Source: Candidatus Dojkabacteria bacterium (GTDB lineage Bacteria > Patescibacteriota > Dojkabacteria > B142 > OLB20). From it: a stretch of 64,000 nucleotides of DNA. This document shows, one piece after another, positions 38,479-48,410 of the stretch. Made by a program: the position numbers and the translations under genes. The stretch is from the NCBI GenBank assembly GCA_030583785.1, contig CP129475.1, positions 699,188 to 763,187 on the forward strand, written 5' to 3'. The first letter of the stretch is position 1. Each line of letters starts with the position of its first letter. Under the pieces are notes generated by a model. It ran no database searches. It had not been told where the DNA came from and was given only the letters and a program-made list of their open reading frames with translations.

Positions 38479-41208
38479 GTGAGCGAACCGAAAAGATATG
38501 TTGTCAGTACAACTCAAGTAAACGAAGCGACCGGTCCTTTTGTCGGAGACAGGGCTAACTTATTGGCCGAAATAGAAAAAGTTGGAGTCCCGATACCTAC
38601 CTCATTTGTAGTAACCAATCAAGCCTTTGACGATTTTATTGTTGGAGCAGATCTTGTCCCTTTCATTTCAGAAAGAATCAATAACATTGATTACACAAAC
38701 AAGAAGAAAGTAAAACAGAGCTCAAAAGAGATTCAGGAGGCAATAATTAATGCAAGAATTCCAGATATTGTATCTCTTCCAATCGAAAAGGCATATTCAG
38801 GATTAGGAGGAATGCTTGAAGCTTTTGTAGAGCTAAGAACTTCTCCTGCGAGGCCTGAACTGAATGAGGTAAATTTTTCAGAAGGGTACCTCGTAGAAAA
38901 CATAAAAGGAGTTGAAATGCTTCTTGGCGCGCTTAAAGAACTTTGGGCGGCACTCTTTAGCGAAGAAGCTTTGCTATTTAGAGCATCTATTGCCTACGAA
39001 GGACCGCTAACTCAGGCGGTATTAATACAAAAGCACATTCAAGCCGAGGTTTCGGGGATTGTGTATACACAGAATAAGACGAGTGGCATGGATACAGAAA
39101 TGGAAATCCAAGCAATAATGGGTTTGCAATCTGGAATAGAAAGGTTAAGTTTGGTTCCCGATAGTTATTTCTACAATCCTTCTACAGAAGAAATAGTCAA
39201 CAAAAAGCTTGTTCCTCAAGAAAGAATGCTGGTACGCAGAGGGCGAGTTGATCATAACGACCCTGTTACAGAGGTTGCAATCTCTCCGAGTTGGAGAAAG
39301 AAACAAAAACTAGAAGATCGATTTATTATCAACCTTGGTCGTGTCGGATCGTCACTCAGAAATCTTTATGCCTCGAACCTAGAGATTGAATATGCATTTG
39401 AGGCAGGCAGGTTTTACATAATTAATATCGTTACAGAAGAAGAAACTTTGCTCAAAAGAAGTTCCTTAGAGATTAGTAAGGACAAAGCTCGTCCGATCGA
39501 AGAACTCTATCCAGAAATGCAAGAACTAAGCGGCGGACCCAAAGTAGCTTTAGCCAGAGCCGAAGGTGGACATATCGCTGAAGAGGAAGAAAGAGATCTT
39601 AGTGGACTTGCCGTCGTCTCTGGGGATGATGACGAAGAAGAAGCAGAAAATATAATTGCCAGACCAGAATCTAAGGAGGAAGAAAGAAAAGAAGGCGTCC
39701 AGATAGCGAGAACAAAGGCCAGGGATAAAAAGAAAGAAGACAAAATCGAAATTGCCCGAAATTCAGCGATACCGTTTGATGACAGAAACAAACCCGAGAT
39801 AAAAATCAGCGGGGGCATTATGCAGGAACCTCCTATTAATCAGCCGGGGGTAGAAGTGCACGGAAGAGAAGTTGTCGTCGATATAAAACCGATAACTTCC
39901 TTAGAAAAAATTGTCTCAGGAATAGGTTTCGGCAAAAGTGCCCAGTTCGGACTAATTCATTTTGTTGAGAAAAAAGAAGACTGGGACGGATTAACTGGAG
40001 ACGAAATAATCGTTCTTAAAGAATTTGACCCAAATAAGGTAGATGATATCAACAAAGCACGAGGACTTCTGTTAGAGAAATCTCCAAGAGAAGAGTTCTT
40101 GCAATCAATCAAAATTCCAACTGTTCATTCAGTCGGAGGGGCGAGACGAATATTTCGGGAAAATGAGGTTATTACATTAGATGCATCATCAGGAGATGTG
40201 TTACTCGGTGCAGGAAAACTTCCTGAATCTGAAAAAGTTGTAGACAGTTCCGTGTCCGAAGGACCTATCAAGAAATTTGAAGATGTTCGTTTCGAGCAAC
40301 AAGAAGGTTTGCAGGTTATTAAAACCGGAACAAAGGTTTGGCAGATATTCCGCCCATCTGACCCGCATCTCGATCTTGCAAATGCAGATGGTTTATTTGT
40401 GGATATGAACGATTATTATCAAATAGCAGCAGTCAATCCAGAATATCTTTTGTCAGAACCAGAATATCGCAGAAGTTTTATCAAAGAAGTTGTTGCATCG
40501 CTTAAACCAGTTCTTGTCGAACTTGGTGAAAAGAAACTTATATTAAAAGCAAACGATTTAGATTATGAATCTCTTGTAAAAATGAAGGGGAACGAGGTTA
40601 TTAATTTCAATACAAAAGATTTTGCTGGCAGTGGAAAATTCGTTAAGAACCCAAAACTATTAGAGATAGAGCTTGAGATACTGAGCATTCTTAGAAATAG
40701 CGAAGCATTAAGAAATATTTACTTAGCTCTTCCAAGGGTAAATACTGCAGAAGAGCTTATTGAAGTTAAAAAGACTGTTTCATCTTACGGATTTAGAAGA
40801 AGCTCAACTTTCAAGCTGATGGCAGTAATTTCGGAACCATTAGGGATGCTGTCCGTAAAGTCTATAGTTGAAAATGACATTGATTCGGTGATCTTTGACT
40901 TGAGTGCAATCTTAAAAAGATTGTTTGGCGGTATCAAATACGAACTAAGTCATGATTTGATAACCTTTCTAACATGGGTTTGTTCAACTGTTAACGCAAA
41001 CAAGTCGGAAGCGTATATACTAAATGAAGGATTAGTTATCGAAAAAGAAGTTGTTTCAAAATTAATGTCTAAGGGCGTGAGTAACTTCGTTCTCCCGCAA
41101 GAAGATGTCTATCAATCAAAAATGCTATTTTCTTCACTAGAAGTTAAGAAAATTGTTGCTAAGAAAAAACGGGGACGAAAAAGGAAAGACATTGACTACG
41201 GCTTCTGA
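38479..41208 (+). CDS. PEP-utilising-enzyme family protein (PPDK/PEP-synthase/rifampin-phosphotransferase-like) with a degenerate phosphohistidine domain
   Basis: N-terminal PPDK_N ATP-grasp-like domain (GDRANLLAEIEKVGVPIPTSFVVTNQAFDDFI; VELRTSPARPELNEVNFSEG; AVLIQKHIQAEVSGIVYTQN). Then an acidic/basic low-complexity insert. The swivel-domain remnant IPTVHSVGGARRIFRENEVITLDASSGDVL lacks the GGRTSHAAI His. A C-terminal TIM-barrel-like region follows. Confidence 0.55.
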   Translation: MSEPKRYVVSTTQVNEATGPFVGDRANLLAEIEKVGVPIPTSFVVTNQAFDDFIVGADLVPFISERINNIDYTNKKKVKQSSKEIQEAIINARIPDIVSLPIEKAYSGLGGMLEAFVELRTSPARPELNEVNFSEGYLVENIKGVEMLLGALKELWAALFSEEALLFRASIAYEGPLTQAVLIQKHIQAEVSGIVYTQNKTSGMDTEMEIQAIMGLQSGIERLSLVPDSYFYNPSTEEIVNKKLVPQERMLVRRGRVDHNDPVTEVAISPSWRKKQKLEDRFIINLGRVGSSLRNLYASNLEIEYAFEAGRFYIINIVTEEETLLKRSSLEISKDKARPIEELYPEMQELSGGPKVALARAEGGHIAEEEERDLSGLAVVSGDDDEEEAENIIARPESKEEERKEGVQIARTKARDKKKEDKIEIARNSAIPFDDRNKPEIKISGGIMQEPPINQPGVEVHGREVVVDIKPITSLEKIVSGIGFGKSAQFGLIHFVEKKEDWDGLTGDEIIVLKEFDPNKVDDINKARGLLLEKSPREEFLQSIKIPTVHSVGGARRIFRENEVITLDASSGDVLLGAGKLPESEKVVDSSVSEGPIKKFEDVRFEQQEGLQVIKTGTKVWQIFRPSDPHLDLANADGLFVDMNDYYQIAAVNPEYLLSEPEYRRSFIKEVVASLKPVLVELGEKKLILKANDLDYESLVKMKGNEVINFNTKDFAGSGKFVKNPKLLEIELEILSILRNSEALRNIYLALPRVNTAEELIEVKKTVSSYGFRRSSTFKLMAVISEPLGMLSVKSIVENDIDSVIFDLSAILKRLFGGIKYELSHDLITFLTWVCSTVNANKSEAYILNEGLVIEKEVVSKLMSKGVSNFVLPQEDVYQSKMLFSSLEVKKIVAKKKRGRKRKDIDYGF

Positions 41209-41246
41209 TTTAATCCAGTAACTGATTTCTGTATAATAAACCATAT

Positions 41247-44200
41247 TTGATTATCTTGATGTCGCTATTTAAAAAACAGCTTATATTTTTGCTTGTCTTA
41301 TTCCTAGGCGTTCAAGTAATCATAGGGTTTCATCTCGTCAGCTCAGATTCTGTGCATGCACAAAATCTGACAAGGGCCAGAGAAATGTTGGCGGTAGATC
41401 AGGAATATGATTTGGAATCTGTTTTTGTAAAGTATAAACAAGAAGATACTCCCAGATTGCTTAGGATAGATTCAAAAAGTCAAAACAGATATACAATTGC
41501 CAGTGCAGAATCTGTAACTGATCAAAAAGAGAAACTTCAAAAGCTCGAACAGAAAATAACCGAACTATTGAATGATCCAAATGTTGAACATGTGCAGCCT
41601 CAGTTTATATATACTCTCGAAAGCTGGAGCGACGGCCCCCAACGAGATACCCCTAACGATTATTTGATAAATCCAAGTCCGACTCCAAGCAGTCATTGGT
41701 ATTATGAAAACTCTCGACTTCGTGAGCTTTGGAATGACCAAAATTGTGCAAATGCAGGTTCTAATTGTGGAGGAAACGATTCTGCTGTTGTTGCTGTCAT
41801 TGATACCGGACTCGCTTTCGAAAACTTTGATAGTCCATGGGGAGATAAGTTTAGGGTTAATCAGGTTCTAGAAAGAAGAGTCGCTTCTAGTGCATCGAGT
41901 GGAAATACGCTGGTATCTTTAACAGGAACACCTTTTGTTTCAGCAATGGTTGGCAAACTCGTTTTTAACGGCACCTTGAATCAATACGCAATAATTACAG
42001 CAATATCTGGTAGTCCTTCAAGCCAAGCTACGGTGGAACTTTATTATCCAACTGTCGGTGGTCCGATCAATGATACCTGGGATAATCATGAATTTGACAT
42101 TCTGGATCAGGGAAGTGACATGTTTACCTTTGGTCCTAGCATTGATAGCGACAAGTCGCTACCAATGATAAATATCTATAAAAATACTTCTGAAATAGAG
42201 AACAGTGGATCAGATAGCGATGGCAATGGCTACATTGATGATGTCTACGGAGTTAATACTGCAGATTATGTATGGTGTACATTTATAAGTACATGTTCGT
42301 CTTCTGAACAAAGAAGCATTGGGCATCCAAATGATGATCACGGACACGGAACATATGTAACCGGTTTGGTTGCCTCATTGGTCGCAAACGGTTACGGTAG
42401 CGTTTCTCCTGCACACAAGTTGACCATTATGCCTATTAAGGCAAACTTTTATCATAATAGATCATTCGGATCTATGGAGCTTTGGTATGGAATAGATTAT
42501 GCCGTTAACCATGGAGCTGATGTCATAAATATGAGTCTTTCGGGACCAGTAGAAGATATCGGTTTAACGCAAAAAATTCAGTGGGCAAGAGAAAATGGCG
42601 TTGTGGTTGTTGCCGCAACCGGTAATACAGCATCATCTGTTCAATATCCTGCAGCCTCTGAAGGTGCAATTGCAGTTGGTGCACTTCGCCCTAACGGAGA
42701 AAGAGCATTCTATTCTAATTTCGGACCGGGTCTTGATGTGTCTGCCTATGTTGGAAATGGAGCAGGTATCGGGGACACTGTTTATCAGCGAAGCTATTCT
42801 TGCTTCTTTGCCAGTCCCGGTTGTCAAACCTCGTTTGCTTATAACAGTTTTTCTAATGGCATGGGAATTGGCACTTCTTATGCGGCCCCGCAAGTGTCTG
42901 CATTGGCGGGATTACTTCGGGCTGTAAAACCTAATATTACTGTTAATAAAATTGAAGAAGTACTGTATTCTACGGCAATAGATGTTTCATCTCCTGGTTA
43001 CGACGAAAGCACTGGTTGGGGAGCAATAAACTATCAAGCTACTTATGCTGCAGTTGTAAATAATGTTTCGCCAACCCTATCGATTCTTCAGCCCGACGGG
43101 ATTTCTGATACTGCAGATCAGTTTTACAACATAACTTGGGTTGACTCAGACCCTGATAGCAACGCCAGAATAAACCTGTTCTGGGACAATGACAATAGTG
43201 GTTTTGACGGGACTCCCATAGAAGGTTGCTCAAATATATCTGAAGACTCGAGCACTAACTCATGTCAATTTGATATTCGAGGAATGAACAATGGCAGTTA
43301 CTATGTTTACGGGTGCATTACAGACGGTATCAATGCAGAAGTTTGTAGTTACAGCACCGGTCAATTAACTGTTAGTCATACTATTCGTAGGGATTCTGGA
43401 ACAACAGGTGTTACAACAACTCCTCATAGAGTAAACTTTTCTGAGAGTTTTTCGGCTGCTCCGGTAGTCTTTGTCCAAGTCACAGAAGAGTTTGGACCAG
43501 ACATGGTGTATACAAATCTTACAAACATAACGGCAACAGGTTTTGACATTGCCATAGAAGAGAATACCAGATCAGGATTTGACGGCATACATACTATTGA
43601 AGGCTTGAGCTGGTATGCAGTGTCTGCTACCTCGCCTTCGGAACAAGTAGGCACACTTCTGGTTGATCATAATTGGCGTCAGGTTACCTTTAATACACCT
43701 TTTGTTTCTATTCCGAAAATACTTGCAAATACACAAAGCGAATTCGGAACAGATATTGTTAATATCGATATCCGCAATGTAACTCTTACAGGATTTGAGA
43801 TTCGCCTTGAAGAGCCACCTGGATACGATGGACTTCATACTTTTGAATGGGTTGGTTGGACAGCATTCAATACTCATCCGTTATCTGGTTCACAGAGCGG
43901 AACAAATAGTAGTGATCATAATTGGAAGACTATAGTTTTTCCTACTCCTTTTGCTTCGAGACCGGTTCTTCTGGCAGAGGTTCAATCAGAAGTTGGTGCT
44001 GATGAATCGATTATTGATATTCGAAATTTAACTAACAATGGATTTGATTTTCGAATTGAAGAAGATCCGTTTTTGTTAGATGGGGTTCATGCTGAAGAAG
44101 GTATTGCTTGGTTGGCAATTCCGGCAACCGCACAAGCCGAAATCACACAAAAGTTTTCTATAGATGCAAAGGTGGGTCAGTCAAATTGGGTGCGAGTGCC

Positions 44201-44942
44201 TTTCTTGAAGATTATGGAAAACAATCCATATATTTTTGCATCAATTAGTTCCGAAAACGGAGGAGACACAGTTGAGGTTGATATCAGAAACATAAATAGA
44301 GTTGGTTTCGAAGCAAGGCTCGAAGAAGACTTACGGGCTGGTTGGGATGGAGGACATCTAGCAGAAACAGTTGATATTTTAGTGGTGGATCCTATGCTAA
44401 CGAGTTTAGTTACTGGCACAATTTCAGGTGATCACAATTGGACAGATGTTACTTTTTCAGTTCCTTTTGTTGCCGTTCCTCGAATAGTTGCGACTATCCA
44501 GACCGAAAACGGTGGAGACACTGCCATGCCTGATCTAAGAAATATTACAACAGAAGGTTTTCAGGTGCGGGTTGAAGAAGATGTGATAGCTGGCTGGGAC
44601 GGAAACCATGTCAACGAAACAATTGCCTGGCTAGCTCTTGAGCCAACTGACATCCCTGTTGGACATCAAAGCGGAATAGTCTCGATTAATCAGCCAACAG
44701 CAAAGAATCAGCTTTGGAACACAGTTGTATTTCCTACACCTTTTACTTCGATTCCAAATATTGTTTTCGAGATTAATACAGAAAATGGAGCAGATGCGGT
44801 TCAGGCAGATATAAGAAATCTCACATCAACTGGATTTCAAGTCAGGCTTGAAGAAGAACCTAATCGATACGACGGTATGCATACATTTGAGAGCTTTGTT
44901 TGGTATGCAAGACCTAACAATTTTCTATTACTTTGGCCTTAA
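41247..44942 (+). CDS. secreted subtilisin-like (S8) serine protease with six C-terminal H-type-lectin-like domains
   Basis: N-terminal hydrophobic segment. Catalytic triad AVVAVIDTGLAFENF (Asp), HGHGTYVTGLVASLV (His), GIGTSYAAPQVSALAGLL (Ser). Then six repeats of about 95 aa: DHNW..V.F..PF...P.V......ENGGD....DIRN.T..GF..R.EED...GWDG.H..E...W.A, which resemble the Helix pomatia agglutinin fold. Confidence 0.8.
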   Translation: MIILMSLFKKQLIFLLVLFLGVQVIIGFHLVSSDSVHAQNLTRAREMLAVDQEYDLESVFVKYKQEDTPRLLRIDSKSQNRYTIASAESVTDQKEKLQKLEQKITELLNDPNVEHVQPQFIYTLESWSDGPQRDTPNDYLINPSPTPSSHWYYENSRLRELWNDQNCANAGSNCGGNDSAVVAVIDTGLAFENFDSPWGDKFRVNQVLERRVASSASSGNTLVSLTGTPFVSAMVGKLVFNGTLNQYAIITAISGSPSSQATVELYYPTVGGPINDTWDNHEFDILDQGSDMFTFGPSIDSDKSLPMINIYKNTSEIENSGSDSDGNGYIDDVYGVNTADYVWCTFISTCSSSEQRSIGHPNDDHGHGTYVTGLVASLVANGYGSVSPAHKLTIMPIKANFYHNRSFGSMELWYGIDYAVNHGADVINMSLSGPVEDIGLTQKIQWARENGVVVVAATGNTASSVQYPAASEGAIAVGALRPNGERAFYSNFGPGLDVSAYVGNGAGIGDTVYQRSYSCFFASPGCQTSFAYNSFSNGMGIGTSYAAPQVSALAGLLRAVKPNITVNKIEEVLYSTAIDVSSPGYDESTGWGAINYQATYAAVVNNVSPTLSILQPDGISDTADQFYNITWVDSDPDSNARINLFWDNDNSGFDGTPIEGCSNISEDSSTNSCQFDIRGMNNGSYYVYGCITDGINAEVCSYSTGQLTVSHTIRRDSGTTGVTTTPHRVNFSESFSAAPVVFVQVTEEFGPDMVYTNLTNITATGFDIAIEENTRSGFDGIHTIEGLSWYAVSATSPSEQVGTLLVDHNWRQVTFNTPFVSIPKILANTQSEFGTDIVNIDIRNVTLTGFEIRLEEPPGYDGLHTFEWVGWTAFNTHPLSGSQSGTNSSDHNWKTIVFPTPFASRPVLLAEVQSEVGADESIIDIRNLTNNGFDFRIEEDPFLLDGVHAEEGIAWLAIPATAQAEITQKFSIDAKVGQSNWVRVPFLKIMENNPYIFASISSENGGDTVEVDIRNINRVGFEARLEEDLRAGWDGGHLAETVDILVVDPMLTSLVTGTISGDHNWTDVTFSVPFVAVPRIVATIQTENGGDTAMPDLRNITTEGFQVRVEEDVIAGWDGNHVNETIAWLALEPTDIPVGHQSGIVSINQPTAKNQLWNTVVFPTPFTSIPNIVFEINTENGADAVQADIRNLTSTGFQVRLEEEPNRYDGMHTFESFVWYARPNNFLLLWP

Positions 44943-47900
44943 ATGAAAAATGCCCCAATTCTCTTTGTCTTGATTGTTCTTGTCTTGGGTCTTGTTAGTG
45001 GACATGTCAGAGCTCAAGAAGATGACATACAAGGAACCACTCTAAAAAGAAACTACACAACAGATAGTGTTGTTGTGTCGTATAAAGATAATCCAAATCA
45101 ATATAAGAGGGTAAGGGTGGTTGGAAGCAGAAAATCTTACGGCATCGCAGATCTTAATGTTGCGCACACTATCGCTAAATATAAATTAAGAAATGATGTG
45201 GCCAGCGTTCAGCGCAACTACATATATTCATCTTCAGTTTGGGATCGAGACATAATAAACGATTTAGATACTCCAGATGACTATGAGCTGAATGCAGGAA
45301 ATCCCTTAACTGGAAAACACTGGTATTACGAAGCGGCAGACTTGCGAAAAGCTTGGAATAAGCAAGATTGTCTAAATGACGGCTCCTTATGCGGAGGAGA
45401 TGCAGAAGTTATTGTAGCGATTATCGATACCGGTCTGGCTTTTGAGAATTACAGTGGTTATCTTCGTGACGGAGTATACTCAGCTTTTCCCGGTATGTTC
45501 TCTAGCGAGAGTATTAATTTGTATACAAATCCCGGTGAAGTCCCGACGATTGCTAACCCAAACAGGCACATTGACGGCATCGATTCAGATGGAAACGGTT
45601 ATATAGATGACAGGCACGGAATCGATGCCTATGCACATAGTTATTGTGATGCCGAAGAAGTAGAAGACCCGCCATGCTCGTTTAATCAAAGTCGTGATGC
45701 CGGTCACCCAAACGACGATCGAGGACACGGAACATTTGTAACCGGACTAATTGCATCTTTAGTATCTAATGCTTCCGACGCAAACGCCTATACCGGTAGC
45801 GTTTCTCCTGCGCATAAAGTAAGCATCTTGCCGATCAAAGCAAACTTTCCAGATACAAATGACTTTAACACAATTGGATTAGTAGCAGCGCTAGACTATG
45901 CAATTCAGGCTGGTGCAGACATTATCAACTTCAGCTTAGCTGGAAGCGATTACGATCCTGCTTTGCATGCCAAATTGATTGAAGCATATGATGCGGGAAT
46001 CTTCATTGTTGCTTCAAGTGGAAACACAGGTACATCAACAGTTAGATATCCTGCCGCTTATTCACAAGTATTCGCAGTGGGTGCTGCTAATCCCAATAAC
46101 ACCAGATCAAGCTATTCCAATTATGGAACTGCTCTAAACATGGTAGCGTATGTCGGAAGTGGTAGTGCACAAGGAACGGCAGCCTGGCAGGGAAGCTTTA
46201 GCTGTTATTTCAATGATAACTGCGACAGTGTGCTTAATCCTTATTTATCTTACGAGATGGGTTATTCTATCGGCACCTCGTTTGCCTCTCCGCAAGTGGC
46301 AGCAGCGGCAGCTTTAATCAAGTCTTATGTAAATGAGCTTACACCAGCGCAGATAGCCCAACTTCTTGAAGAAAGTGCTGTTGATATTGGTCCCGTCGGT
46401 TTCGATAACGATACAGGTCACGGAGTTCTTAACTTCTACAATGCTTTTAGTAGTGTTGCAGACAATCAGGCTCCGCTTCTAACATTTGTTGAGCCGCAAG
46501 GTAACAACGACACGGCAGATGAATCTTTTACTATCATTTGGGATGCTACTGATCCAGAGGGGTCGCCCAATGAAGATATAGAAATAAACTTCTATCTTGA
46601 CGACGATACAGATCCATCTCAAATGGTGGCCTTAATTCCCGGATGTAGAAATTCTGATATCACGACCAAGTTAGGAACAGGACTCAGTTGCCAAGGTGAT
46701 TTCCACCTTTTTCCAAATGGAAATTACTATATTCAAGGATGCATTAAAGATATCTATTCCAACACAACTTGCTATGTAAGCGATCAAATCGAAATCGATA
46801 ATTCAGAGAAACTAGATTCAGGCACCGCAGCCGTATCGACTGATTACTATACAGATGTTCTCTTTTCAACTTCGTTTACCAAGACACCGGTAGTGTATGC
46901 AATTACGAATACTGAATATGGAACAGACATGATCTATACAGAGATTCGAGACATCACCACCTCGGGATTTAAAGTTCGAGCCAGAGAAAATGACAGATCG
47001 GGTTATGACAATAAGCATGCCCCAGCACATGTTGGATGGATAGCAGTTCAAAATTCAACTTCAGACTTTCAGCTTGGAAGTATTAGTATCGATCGCAACT
47101 TGAGCGGAGATAACCCGACAGGGTGGAATAGAATCTACTTTCAAAAAGAATTTTCAACAACACCGAAGATCTTAGTAATGTCTCAATCTCACAATGGAGG
47201 AGATCTCGATATGGCAGATATCCGCAATGTTACCAATCAGTATTTTGATCTGCGACTAGAGGAACCACCAGGATGGGATGGAAATCATATCCCCGAGACA
47301 TTTGCCTGGATTGCCTTCGAAGACCACTTTGTATATGAAAACGGATTGAATACAACCGACCATAACTGGAAGCAGGTCAGTTTCACCCAAGTGTATGATC
47401 AAGCACCTATTGTGCTTGCACAAATTCAAACTGAAAACGGAGGAGATCCTGCAGAAGTAGATATTCGTAATATTACACCTCTTGGTTTCGAATACAGAAT
47501 AGAGGAAGACGGACTTTTATTAGATCAACTTCATGCTAACGAAACAATATCTTGGCTTGCAGTTCCAAGACAAGGGGCGGACGAGTTATGGGGAGAAGTG
47601 ATGGTTGATCACAATTGGATTAATGTTATGCTTCCTGATTTGATGTCTCATGTTCCAGCCGTTATCGCTAAGGTCGCCAGTGAAAACGGAGGAGATACAG
47701 TCGAAGTTGATTTAAGAAGAGTCGAAACAGGAATGTTCTCTGTGCGCATTGAAGAGGATTTACGAGCTGGATGGGATGGATTGCATACTTTCGAAAAAGT
47801 GGTCTGGTATGCACAAGCAGTTGACCCCGATCCAGTAAGCAACAGTTACAATGTCAGCCCGAGCGCAATAAATTTCGAAAGCGATTCAGGCACACAGAGA

Positions 47901-48398
47901 GCTGGCCTTCTTACAAAGGTTGACCATAACTGGTTTACTTATTCTTTCGCACAGCCTTTCTCATCTATACCTCTCATCTTCTTTGATATTCAATCAGAGA
48001 ACGGAGGAGACACCTCTATGCCAGATATACGCAATCTCAGCGAAACCGGCTTTCAAATCAGAGTCGAAGAAGATGTTATCGCAGGTTGGGACGGGAGTCA
48101 TACTTTCGAGAAGATTGGTTGGATTGCATTTGAAACACCAAATCGAGGAATCTTCGGTCATGTTGAAATCAACAGATTAATGAACACAACTGGATGGAAC
48201 CCCTTAGATTTATCTGCAGGCTCGTTTTCTGTCACTCCGTATTTTGTTGCAGATATTGTTTCCGAAAACGGAGGAGATACAGTACAGGTTGATGTACGAA
48301 ACCTGACTTCAAATTCAATAGAGTTACGACTTGAAGAGGAACCAAAGAGATACGATGGCGCACATACTTTTGAAAGAATCAATTGGTGGGCATGGTAA
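44943..48398 (+). CDS. secreted subtilisin-like (S8) serine protease with six H-type-lectin-like domains (tandem paralog)
   Basis: Signal peptide MKNAPILFVLIVLVLGLVSGHVRA. VIVAIIDTGLAFENY, HGTFVTGLIASLV, GYSIGTSFASPQVAAAAALI. Six repeats collinear with those of the upstream gene. ATG follows the upstream stop with no gap. Confidence 0.8.
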   Translation: MKNAPILFVLIVLVLGLVSGHVRAQEDDIQGTTLKRNYTTDSVVVSYKDNPNQYKRVRVVGSRKSYGIADLNVAHTIAKYKLRNDVASVQRNYIYSSSVWDRDIINDLDTPDDYELNAGNPLTGKHWYYEAADLRKAWNKQDCLNDGSLCGGDAEVIVAIIDTGLAFENYSGYLRDGVYSAFPGMFSSESINLYTNPGEVPTIANPNRHIDGIDSDGNGYIDDRHGIDAYAHSYCDAEEVEDPPCSFNQSRDAGHPNDDRGHGTFVTGLIASLVSNASDANAYTGSVSPAHKVSILPIKANFPDTNDFNTIGLVAALDYAIQAGADIINFSLAGSDYDPALHAKLIEAYDAGIFIVASSGNTGTSTVRYPAAYSQVFAVGAANPNNTRSSYSNYGTALNMVAYVGSGSAQGTAAWQGSFSCYFNDNCDSVLNPYLSYEMGYSIGTSFASPQVAAAAALIKSYVNELTPAQIAQLLEESAVDIGPVGFDNDTGHGVLNFYNAFSSVADNQAPLLTFVEPQGNNDTADESFTIIWDATDPEGSPNEDIEINFYLDDDTDPSQMVALIPGCRNSDITTKLGTGLSCQGDFHLFPNGNYYIQGCIKDIYSNTTCYVSDQIEIDNSEKLDSGTAAVSTDYYTDVLFSTSFTKTPVVYAITNTEYGTDMIYTEIRDITTSGFKVRARENDRSGYDNKHAPAHVGWIAVQNSTSDFQLGSISIDRNLSGDNPTGWNRIYFQKEFSTTPKILVMSQSHNGGDLDMADIRNVTNQYFDLRLEEPPGWDGNHIPETFAWIAFEDHFVYENGLNTTDHNWKQVSFTQVYDQAPIVLAQIQTENGGDPAEVDIRNITPLGFEYRIEEDGLLLDQLHANETISWLAVPRQGADELWGEVMVDHNWINVMLPDLMSHVPAVIAKVASENGGDTVEVDLRRVETGMFSVRIEEDLRAGWDGLHTFEKVVWYAQAVDPDPVSNSYNVSPSAINFESDSGTQRAGLLTKVDHNWFTYSFAQPFSSIPLIFFDIQSENGGDTSMPDIRNLSETGFQIRVEEDVIAGWDGSHTFEKIGWIAFETPNRGIFGHVEINRLMNTTGWNPLDLSAGSFSVTPYFVADIVSENGGDTVQVDVRNLTSNSIELRLEEEPKRYDGAHTFERINWWAW

Positions 48399-48410
48399 TA
48401 ATAAGTTTAA

